Shown here in pieces: positions 9,191-16,851 of a stretch of DNA of 37,148 nt. The notes under the pieces are model-generated. The model had not been told where the DNA came from, ran no database searches, and worked only from the letters and a program-made list of their open reading frames with translations. How positions within the stretch are numbered: the first letter of the stretch is position 1; the number at the start of each line of letters is the position of its first letter. This DNA is from Sulfolobales archaeon (lineage in GTDB: Archaea; Thermoproteota; Thermoprotei_A; Sulfolobales; NBVN01), in assembly GCA_038841535.1 (NCBI GenBank), contig JAWBTQ010000012.1, forward strand, positions 1 through 37,148, written 5' to 3'. The translations under genes were made by a program, and so were the position numbers.

Positions 9191-9496
9191 TCACGGTGTG
9201 TGCGAGATGCCAAGTATCTCCTCGTATTCTTCGACAACTTTTCTAACGCACTCTAAGTCAGAGCACCTCTTTATTTCACTAACTAACCTTTTCACCATCT
9301 CGGCTCTCGGCATTCCGTAGCAGCTATACTCTACTGCCTGAATGGCGTTAGAGACCTTCTTTAGGGTTTCGTAGAAGTCTCTGTCTTGACAGAATCGCCT
9401 AATGGTTTCAGTCATGTGTGGAGAAGCGAGAAACGTTAGAGTACTAGAGAGTACCTCGAGGCTCAGCTTGAGCTGTGCTTTAAGCATTTCATCCAA
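9191..9496 (-). CDS. Hypothetical small helical protein
   Basis: 101-aa ORF fills the gap between convergent genes; amphipathic helical pattern, 4 Cys; AGGTG SD-like element upstream of TTG. Confidence 0.65.
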   Translation of the reverse strand: MDEMLKAQLKLSLEVLSSTLTFLASPHMTETIRRFCQDRDFYETLKKVSNAIQAVEYSCYGMPRAEMVKRLVSEIKRCSDLECVRKVVEEYEEILGISHTP

Positions 9497-9552
9497 ATAC
9501 TACACCTACTCTAGCTAGGTACTAAGGTAATAAGCTAGGTTACTGCGCTTGT

Positions 9553-10632
9553 CTAAGTAAATACTCTGTCTAAGCGGTTTCTCTCGATCGCGAGCCTTAT
9601 CTCTCTAGCAATCCTCCTTCCAACGCTCATGGGTTCGTCCCAGTAGAGGTATGTGTAAGGGCTTCCATCTATGTAGAGGTTTGTTCCAGCAACTATCCTA
9701 CCGGAGAACTCGAATATCTTTATGTTCGCATCTCTATCTATCACACCCTCTAGGCAGAACGGGCCTACGAGCCCGGGAGGTAGAACCTCTTTCGTCTTAT
9801 TCACGAACTTCTCACCATAATCATAGACTGTAGATAGCAGGCTCTCTCTCAGTACTACCGGTATGTTTCCCACTACCGTAAAAGACGGCTCTACTCCAAT
9901 TTTCTTAAGCTTTTCTACGGGGACTCTCCTCAAGCCGTCTACGTCTGACTCATACCTTATGTCCGCACCAGTTATCTCAAGCCTCTCAAGTACCGGGCTG
10001 TTGAAGTAGTGAAAGTAAGCTGCTACCCCGATTAAGTATTCTTGGATGATTACGTTACTTACGTCACTCACTAACCCGCTATTGGCTAGGGCTCTCAGTC
10101 TTTCGGTGATTTCTTGGCGCGAACTAGCTATAAAGTAACCTCTTCCACCCTTAGCTCCAGGAAGCTTAACTATTGCTAGACTATCTATCTCAGTGTTCAG
10201 TGAGTAGACAGTAGGCGTCGGGATCCCGGCACTCCTTAAGAGCTCCATTTTAGCGTGCTGGTCTGCCTCAACTGGAAACAGACTCCTTAACCCAAAGATC
10301 GGAACATTAAGGCTAGTAGCGCAGTCCATACCGACGTACTCGATGAAGGATCCGTGGGGCACGAAGACGGAGTTGTGTTCGCGGAGGACTTCGACAACTT
10401 CTCGAGAGCATAAGTCGCTCCACCTCCTGACTAACAGGAAGGAATCGACGAGATGCTTAAACTGCATGTAAAAGCCAAATCTATCTTCTGTTACTACCAA
10501 AAGAGTACTAAACCCCTCTTTCTTAGCTCCGTGAGCTATCTGAAGTGAGCTATGGCTAGCGAGAGTAGCTATAGTGAGCTTATCGAGGTCGTATCCCTCA
10601 ACTAACTCGAGCACCACGCTAGTACCCACCAA
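9553..10632 (-). CDS. purP: Formate-dependent AICAR formyltransferase (FAICAR synthetase), PurP family
   Basis: IATLASHSSLQI…GAKKEGF, VPHGSFIEY, KGGRGYF, VGNIPVVLRESLL, FEFSGRIVAGTN, MSVGRRIAREI. Confidence 0.93.
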   Translation of the reverse strand: MVGTSVVLELVEGYDLDKLTIATLASHSSLQIAHGAKKEGFSTLLVVTEDRFGFYMQFKHLVDSFLLVRRWSDLCSREVVEVLREHNSVFVPHGSFIEYVGMDCATSLNVPIFGLRSLFPVEADQHAKMELLRSAGIPTPTVYSLNTEIDSLAIVKLPGAKGGRGYFIASSRQEITERLRALANSGLVSDVSNVIIQEYLIGVAAYFHYFNSPVLERLEITGADIRYESDVDGLRRVPVEKLKKIGVEPSFTVVGNIPVVLRESLLSTVYDYGEKFVNKTKEVLPPGLVGPFCLEGVIDRDANIKIFEFSGRIVAGTNLYIDGSPYTYLYWDEPMSVGRRIAREIRLAIERNRLDRVFT

Positions 10633-10661
10633 TTATTACGCAACTAAGTTAAAAACACGCC

Positions 10662-10705
10662 TCATATTTAGTTATTAACGTATTTCTGTTAATAACTAAA
10701 TATGA
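10662..10705. promoter_or_regulatory. Perfect 18-bp inverted repeat between divergent purP and purC promoters (putative operator)
   Basis: TCATATTTAGTTATTAAC (10662-10679), 8-nt spacer, GTTAATAACTAAATATGA (10688-10705). The repeat is certain; the regulatory role is inferred. Confidence 0.8.
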
Positions 10706-10720
10706 AATGAGAGAAGCGTG

Positions 10721-10728
10721 CTTATATA
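10721..10728 (+). promoter_or_regulatory. TATA box for the purC operon
   Basis: CTTATATA ends 32 nt upstream of purC ATG; a mirror TTTTTAAC lies on the minus strand at 10648-10655 for purP. Confidence 0.6.
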
Positions 10729-10760
10729 CTTAACTTAAGTAAAATCAATTGGGTTAGTAG

Positions 10761-11480
10761 ATGCTTTTGTCCCTCATATATGATGGTAAAAGTAAACGTG
10801 TTTACGTTAAAAACTCTGAAGAAATAGTCATGGAGTTTAAGGACGAAGTTACGGCTGGTGATGGAGCTTTTAAGGCTCTAGTGCCGGGCAAGGGTGTTCT
10901 GTGTGCGTCAATATCTGCTCACTTACTCAGAGTTATAGAAGACTCGGGGATAGGTACACACTTTGTTAACTATGACGGCCTTAGGAGTATTACCGCTAGG
11001 AAGCTCAAGATGGTTCCAGTAGAGGTAATAGTAAGGAACTACTCGTATGGCTCGCTCCTCAAGAGAATGCCTCTCTATAGCAAACTAGAGCCTCTCGTTC
11101 CTCCACTCATTGAGTTCCACTATAAAGACGACTCACTCCACGATCCCCTAATACTCGCTGAAGATATTCTTAGAACTGGTATCCTGTCAACTAGAGAGTT
11201 GAACAGAATTACTGAGCTCTCAGTACTAGTCAACCACGCCTTGAGTAAGTACTTTAAGTCTGTTGGACTGAGGCTAGTGGACATAAAGCTTGAGTACGGA
11301 TTTAGCTCTAGCGGTGAGCTTCTTCTCGCAGACGAGATATCTGGAGACACTTTTAGAGCCTTAGACGAGAATGGGAGGCACCTCGATAAGGAGGTATTTA
11401 GAAAGACTAAGAATGTAGACTTACTGCTCAAGACCTACCAAGAGCTAGCTGCTAGATTTGGTCTCCGAGGTGGGGAATAG
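10761..11480 (+). CDS. purC: SAICAR synthase
   Basis: YDGKSK, FKDEVTAGDG, PVEVIVRN, EFHYKDDSLHDP, VDIKLEYG, ADEISGDTFR, LDKEVFR. Confidence 0.96.
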   Translation: MLLSLIYDGKSKRVYVKNSEEIVMEFKDEVTAGDGAFKALVPGKGVLCASISAHLLRVIEDSGIGTHFVNYDGLRSITARKLKMVPVEVIVRNYSYGSLLKRMPLYSKLEPLVPPLIEFHYKDDSLHDPLILAEDILRTGILSTRELNRITELSVLVNHALSKYFKSVGLRLVDIKLEYGFSSSGELLLADEISGDTFRALDENGRHLDKEVFRKTKNVDLLLKTYQELAARFGLRGGE

Positions 11481-11511
11481 ATCTCACAGCCACGATATCT
11501 GGGTAACAGTA

Positions 11512-12765
11512 ATGGTCGGTATCCTGTCGATCTTGGCTTTCGAGACCGGCTGGGACCTGCTCTACTTCGTTAACTACGGCCTCACTGCTCTAGCTCATAG
11601 AGGAGGCGATACTAAGCTAGTTTGCTGGAAGCACGGTGATAACATTGCTTGCGGAGACGGTGAGTCGAGCGCGGGAGGCTTAGAAAATAGTGAGCTAGTT
11701 GTAGCTGCCTGGTTAAACGAAAAGCAGTTAAGTAGCTACACTGTAGAGGGGAGGAGCTCTATAACTGTTTCAGATAGGCCGAGTAAGTACCTAGTTGAGT
11801 TAGTGGAGGCAGTAGAGAGAGCACTCAATAGCCGGAAACCTCACCTTGAGCTATCGAAGCAGTTAAGTGTGTTTACTGAAGAGGACGTACCGTCTTTCGC
11901 TACTCTAACCACTAGAGGTGAGCTAGTAGTGTGGAGATCTAGTACTGGCCTCACACCCCTCTCTATCGGTGGGTACGGCTTCGACATGGTTGTCGCATCC
12001 TCCGAGACTTCAGCAATAGAGATATTAGACGCTGACACCCGAAAGCATCTATCACCTAGTGAAGGTGCTTACATAAGTAGGAGGCAGGTGAGACTATTTA
12101 AGTCTGGGGAATCACTTAGGTGTAGACTGTGCCTCTTTGAACTACTTTACACAGCTAGACACGACTCTACCGTCGACGGCGTAAGCGCTTACGAGTTCAG
12201 GAAGCACCTTGGGAGAGAGCTCGGGAAGTACTTAAACAGTGCGGTAGACGTAGTGTCGGGTGTTCCCGAGACAGCGCTACCATACGCGATAGGGCTATCT
12301 GAAGTCGTTAGAGCCCCCTACGAACTGGGCTTCATAGGCACAGCGCAGAGAAGCCGCTCTATGCTCAAAGAAGGTGTTCGAGAGAAACTCATCTCTATAC
12401 ACTTAAAGCTCAACCCAGTAAAGAGCGTGTTTAGAGGAAAGAGAGTTGCTGTAGTAGACGACAGCATGGTCACGGGCTCAACCCTCAAGACGGTTGCCCA
12501 GATCCTTAGGTATAGGGTAGGTGCTAGAGAACTCCACGTGCTCCTAGCTTCACCAAAGCTAGTTGGGGCCTGCCCCTATGGGGTCGTTAAGCTAGACCCT
12601 TCTTCCCTGATCTCAGCACAGCTGGATTGCTCGACGATTGAGAAGTACCTAGACGTAGACAGCGTCTCGTGGCTTAAAGAGAGGGACATTGAGTCAGCTG
12701 CGTTAAGGTTTGGCACGAGGTTCTGTTGCGCTTGCTTCGGGAGAGATATCGTTGGTGGTAGGTAG
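11512..12765 (+). CDS. purF: Amidophosphoribosyltransferase paralogue lacking catalytic Cys1
   Basis: Start re-assigned to ATG 11512 (MVGILSI, aligning with MCGI); LAHRG, SSETSA, CLFELLY, GVPETA, PRPP loop VVDDSMVTGST, CPYG, CCACF. Confidence 0.85.
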   Translation: MVGILSILAFETGWDLLYFVNYGLTALAHRGGDTKLVCWKHGDNIACGDGESSAGGLENSELVVAAWLNEKQLSSYTVEGRSSITVSDRPSKYLVELVEAVERALNSRKPHLELSKQLSVFTEEDVPSFATLTTRGELVVWRSSTGLTPLSIGGYGFDMVVASSETSAIEILDADTRKHLSPSEGAYISRRQVRLFKSGESLRCRLCLFELLYTARHDSTVDGVSAYEFRKHLGRELGKYLNSAVDVVSGVPETALPYAIGLSEVVRAPYELGFIGTAQRSRSMLKEGVREKLISIHLKLNPVKSVFRGKRVAVVDDSMVTGSTLKTVAQILRYRVGARELHVLLASPKLVGACPYGVVKLDPSSLISAQLDCSTIEKYLDVDSVSWLKERDIESAALRFGTRFCCACFGRDIVGGR

Positions 12766-14258
12766 TGAAAGTCCTGTTAGTTGGGACTGGTGGTAGAGAA
12801 CACGCTCTAGCTAAGCTACTAATATCCTCTCGAAATACTGTTAAGCTCTACGTAGTTGCTGACTATGTAAATCCGGGTTTAAAGAGGGACTCTGAGGCAA
12901 CTGGGGGTAGACTATTCGCCACTAACACGAACTCCCCTGATTTCGTTACTGCGGTAGCTGAATCAGTATCACCAGACCTCGTCGTCGTTGGTCCTGAAGA
13001 ACCTCAGTTCCACGGAGTCGTAGACTACCTTAAGGAGAAGGGTTACGTAGTTTTTGGGGCGTCCTTAGAGTGCTCTAGGATAGAGAAGAGTAAGGTTTTC
13101 GCAAGGTATTTAATGTGGAAGTACGGAATCCCCGGGAGGCTGCACTTCACTGCTTTTAGGTCTCTAAGTGATGCTGAAGAGTTTATTAAGTACGCTGGTG
13201 ATGTCGTAGTAAAGCCAGCTAGGCAGGTTGGAGGTAAGGGTGTTAGAGTAATTAGAGACACAAAGGCCTTTCTTTCGGAAGTCAAGCAGCAGGTTAAAAA
13301 CCAGTCCGTACTCAGAACATTCGATGACTTAAGCAAGCATTATGATTCAGACTACAGAGTTCTCGTAGAGCAGAGAGTTGAAGGAGTGGAGTACACAGCC
13401 CAAGTAATAACTGACGGAAGCTACGTTCTCCCATTACCTCTTGTCCAAGACTACCCGCACGCCTACGAGCTAGACCTAGGCTACGAAACGGGTGGTATGG
13501 GAAGCATATCGGGCCCCGGATATGCTCTGCCCTTCGTAACTCAAGAAGAATACGAAGTAACAGTGAAAATAGTTGGAGAGGTACTCAGGAGGCTTCAGGA
13601 CGAAGTCAAAGAGAGGTACTCAGGTGCTTTCGCGGGACAGATGATGCTGACTGGTCTATGGGGTCCCACAGCTATAGAGTTCTACAGCAGGTTCGGAGAC
13701 CCCGAGCTACCGTGCCTCATACCTAGAATTCAGTCAGACTTCCTTGAAGTCGTAGATAGAGCAGCTAGAGGCGCTCTGAGCGGCGCTAAGCTTGAGGTAT
13801 CGGATAGCTACGTAAGCATAGTGAAGGCTGTTGCTCCAGCTGGTTACCCAGCGTTTAGAGATGAAGGAAGCGGTCACCCAGTCTCGGTGGACGAAGAAAA
13901 GATCGGGGAGCTTGGGTGCCACCTTCTATACGCAAGCGTCGAGCTACGACCCGACGGACTAATGTATACTAAAGGCTCTAGAGCTTTTGAAGTAGTTTGC
14001 TCCGCAGAAGACTACGAGAAAGCATATAGGGCATCAGAGACTGCTGTAAGCTACATAACCTCCATGGACGGCTGGCCTCTGTACTATAGAAGCGATATCG
14101 GCTCCAACTGGCTACTAGATGAGAGAGCTCGAGAGGCTGAGAGGGTTAGGACAGTCTATAGAAGTAAGCAGAATAGAGGGACTATAGGTGAGTTCTTTAC
14201 TGTGTGGGTACCCGGTGAGGGAGTAGTGGCAAGTCCTCTTTTGTCTCCACTGAGGTGA
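12765..14258 (+). CDS. purD: Phosphoribosylamine-glycine ligase
   Basis: GTGGREHAL, VVGPEEP, EKSKVFAR, GGKGV, ETGGMGS, EFYSRFGDPE, YYRSDIG; C-terminal extension of about 50 aa. Confidence 0.96.
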   Translation: MKVLLVGTGGREHALAKLLISSRNTVKLYVVADYVNPGLKRDSEATGGRLFATNTNSPDFVTAVAESVSPDLVVVGPEEPQFHGVVDYLKEKGYVVFGASLECSRIEKSKVFARYLMWKYGIPGRLHFTAFRSLSDAEEFIKYAGDVVVKPARQVGGKGVRVIRDTKAFLSEVKQQVKNQSVLRTFDDLSKHYDSDYRVLVEQRVEGVEYTAQVITDGSYVLPLPLVQDYPHAYELDLGYETGGMGSISGPGYALPFVTQEEYEVTVKIVGEVLRRLQDEVKERYSGAFAGQMMLTGLWGPTAIEFYSRFGDPELPCLIPRIQSDFLEVVDRAARGALSGAKLEVSDSYVSIVKAVAPAGYPAFRDEGSGHPVSVDEEKIGELGCHLLYASVELRPDGLMYTKGSRAFEVVCSAEDYEKAYRASETAVSYITSMDGWPLYYRSDIGSNWLLDERAREAERVRTVYRSKQNRGTIGEFFTVWVPGEGVVASPLLSPLR

Positions 14259-14264
14259 TCGGGT

Positions 14265-15482
14265 TTGGCTCGAGACTGCGTTCAGTCCCCTATGTTCGAA
14301 GGATCGGTAAAGTTGCTACTACTGGGTAGCGGGGAGCTTGGAAAGGAGGTCGCTATAGAGGCACAAAGACTGGGCGCTGAGGTCATCGCTGTCGATAGGT
14401 ATGACTGGGCTCCAGCTATGCATGTAGCTCATAGAAGGTACGTTATAGACATGACAAACTCGAGGGCTGTTAAGTCGGTAGTTAGAAGGGAAAACCCCGA
14501 TGCTGTCATACCGGAGATCGAGGCCGTGTCTTCAGAAGCTCTCGAGGAGCTAGAGTCTGAGGGATATTTGGTGGTCCCAAATGCGAGAGCTGTTAAGATA
14601 TCTATGAATAGGCTGGAGCTGAGGAAGTTCGCTGCTGGAGTTCTGGGTCTGCCGACTACTAAGTTCGGGTTCGCTGAAAACTCAGAGGAAGTTGCTGAAG
14701 CCTGTGAGAAAGTGGGGCTTCCGTGCCTTATCAAGCCTGAGATGAGTAGTAGTGGTCATGGACACGTTAAAATAACATCACTGTCGAAAGACTCTATCGC
14801 TAAAGCTTACAGCTTTGCTATCTCGCATTCTCGAGGGAAGAGCAGGAGGGTGATAGTCGAGGAGTTCGTCGACCTTACTCTAGAGTACACGGTTCTCGCA
14901 TATAGGTACCTAGACGGCAGTAAACCGACTACCGAAGTCTGCGAACCGATAGAGCAGTGGAGATATGGTGAGTACCACTACGTAGAGTCATGGCAACCCC
15001 CGCTATCTAGCCCAACTACGTTAAGTAAAGCAGTAGAGATAGCGAAGAGAGTAGCAGAAGGACTAGGGGGTGTGGGGATTTTCGGTGTCGAAGTGTTCTT
15101 AACTAAGGACGGTAGAGTACTCTTCAGCGAGGTTGCTCCAAGACCCCACGATACTGGGTTAGTGACTCTAGTTACTCAAGAACTGAGCGAGTTCGCTATC
15201 CATGTTAGGTCTGTTCTTGGGCTCCCGGTTCCGAAACCTAGAATAGTCTCCCATGGAGCTAGCGTGGCCTTATACACGGACTTAGACAACGTCTGGAGCC
15301 CTAAGATATGCGGTCTTCAAGAAGCCCTTAGGATCCCGGGTGTAGACGTTAGGGTATTCGGAAAGCCACACACTTACCCTGGGAGGAGGGTAGCGGTAGT
15401 TCTAGCGAGGGGTAGCTCTGTCGAAGATGCTTTGAGTAAGGCTAGGAGGGCTGCTAAGACGATCTCTATACGTGCTGAGTAG
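14265..15482 (+). CDS. purT: Formate-dependent GAR transformylase
   Basis: [62 protein letters not shown]. Confidence 0.96.
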   Translation: MARDCVQSPMFEGSVKLLLLGSGELGKEVAIEAQRLGAEVIAVDRYDWAPAMHVAHRRYVIDMTNSRAVKSVVRRENPDAVIPEIEAVSSEALEELESEGYLVVPNARAVKISMNRLELRKFAAGVLGLPTTKFGFAENSEEVAEACEKVGLPCLIKPEMSSSGHGHVKITSLSKDSIAKAYSFAISHSRGKSRRVIVEEFVDLTLEYTVLAYRYLDGSKPTTEVCEPIEQWRYGEYHYVESWQPPLSSPTTLSKAVEIAKRVAEGLGGVGIFGVEVFLTKDGRVLFSEVAPRPHDTGLVTLVTQELSEFAIHVRSVLGLPVPKPRIVSHGASVALYTDLDNVWSPKICGLQEALRIPGVDVRVFGKPHTYPGRRVAVVLARGSSVEDALSKARRAAKTISIRAE

Positions 15483-15490
15483 GTGAGACC

Positions 15491-15895
15491 GTGTCCCGCA
15501 AAGGAAAGGTCTCTATTGTAATTGGTAGCGAGAGAGATAGGCAGTACGCAGAGAGAACAGCATCCATACTCAAGGAGCATGGAGTAGATTTCGAGGTCGT
15601 CGTACTTAGTGCCCACAGAAACCCGAAGGAGCTTGAGAAGTACGTAGAGACTTCAGACGCAGACTTGTTTATCGCAATGGCTGGGCTGGCAGCACACCTC
15701 CCAGGGTTTATCGCTTCTAGAACTCAGCGCCCAGTTATAGGAGTTCCCCTAAATGTATCGCTTGGAGGACTGGATGCTCTATTGAGCATTGTCCAGATGC
15801 CTAAAGGGGTTCCGGTGGCAACTGTAGGCATAGATAACGCCGAGAACGCCGCCTACCTAGCGATTAGAATCATCAGATTGTGCCAGCAGAGCTAG
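15491..15895 (+). CDS. purE: N5-CAIR mutase / AIR carboxylase
   Basis: [46 protein letters not shown]. Confidence 0.95.
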   Translation: MSRKGKVSIVIGSERDRQYAERTASILKEHGVDFEVVVLSAHRNPKELEKYVETSDADLFIAMAGLAAHLPGFIASRTQRPVIGVPLNVSLGGLDALLSIVQMPKGVPVATVGIDNAENAAYLAIRIIRLCQQS

Positions 15896-15896
15896 A

Positions 15897-16163
15897 GTGG
15901 TCTCCATGGGGTTATATAGAGTAGTTGTTGTAGTATCCTACAAGAAGGGGCTCAAGGACCCTGAAGCTGAGACTATCCACCGAGACCTCATACTGAAGCA
16001 CGGGTACAGAGCAGTTAAGGAGTTGAGGATAGGTAAACAATTCACACTGCTGGTCGAAGCTGAAGACAGCGAGAAAGCAGCTAGCTACGTAAGAGAGCTA
16101 TGCGACAAGCTCATGATATACAACCCTGTGATACACGACATCGAGGTGACTGTCTATTCCTAG
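15897..16163 (+). CDS. purS: FGAM synthase subunit PurS
   Basis: KKGLKDPEAETI, RIGK, YNPVIH; position directly before purQ. Confidence 0.93.
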   Translation: MVSMGLYRVVVVVSYKKGLKDPEAETIHRDLILKHGYRAVKELRIGKQFTLLVEAEDSEKAASYVRELCDKLMIYNPVIHDIEVTVYS

Positions 16164-16851
16164 GGTAGCTGTTCTAAAGTTCCCCGGGACTAACTGTGAT
16201 GAAGACGTCGTGAAGTCATTTAAGGAGGTCGCTCCGGAAGTAGAAGCAGCAGTAGTATGGCATAAGGACTTCAAGTCCGCCAACGATTGGGATGCTGTAG
16301 TCATCCCAGGAGGGTTTAGTTACGGTGACTGGCTGAGGGCTGGAGCTATAGCGGCTAGATCGGAGGCTGTAGCGAGGCTATCAGAGGCTGTAGCGAGAGG
16401 CATCCCGGTTTTAGGCATATGTAACGGCTTCCAGATCTTAGTTGAGGCCGGACTATTAAAGGGAGCTTTTTTACTGAACGAACACGGAAGGTTTGTCTGT
16501 AGATGGGTAAGGCTACGAGTCGAAAGGCCACGCGGTCCCTGGCTACACCTCGCTGAAGACGGTGTCGAAGTCCATATGCCTGTAGCCCACGGTGAAGGTA
16601 GGTACTATGTCAGTAGTAGTGAGTATGAAGAGCTCGATAGCTTACACCCGATAATCCGCTACTTACCCGGACAGAACCCTAACGGGAGCTCCTACGACAT
16701 TGCTGGGTTAGGCTCTAGAGACGGATACGTTCTCGGAGTAATGCCGCACCCAGAGCGCGCAGCGACCCCCATGCTCACACCTCGCGGGTTTAGACCCAGC
16801 GGGGAGCTGATATTCAGGAGCCTATCTTGCTCACTCAAATCTGGGTGGTGA
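16156..16851 (+). CDS. purQ: FGAM synthase glutaminase subunit (start extended to ATT 16156)
   Basis: In-frame upstream extension encodes PRVAVLKFPGTNCD; IPGGFSYGDWLRAGA, GICNGFQIL, AHGEG, GVMPHPER. Confidence 0.95.
   Translation: MPRVAVLKFPGTNCDEDVVKSFKEVAPEVEAAVVWHKDFKSANDWDAVVIPGGFSYGDWLRAGAIAARSEAVARLSEAVARGIPVLGICNGFQILVEAGLLKGAFLLNEHGRFVCRWVRLRVERPRGPWLHLAEDGVEVHMPVAHGEGRYYVSSSEYEELDSLHPIIRYLPGQNPNGSSYDIAGLGSRDGYVLGVMPHPERAATPMLTPRGFRPSGELIFRSLSCSLKSGW

Noticed and set aside
11458-11511. Track start of the PurF paralogue at 11458
   Set aside because: It overlaps purC by 23 nt; ATG 11512 aligns with the PurF N-terminus.
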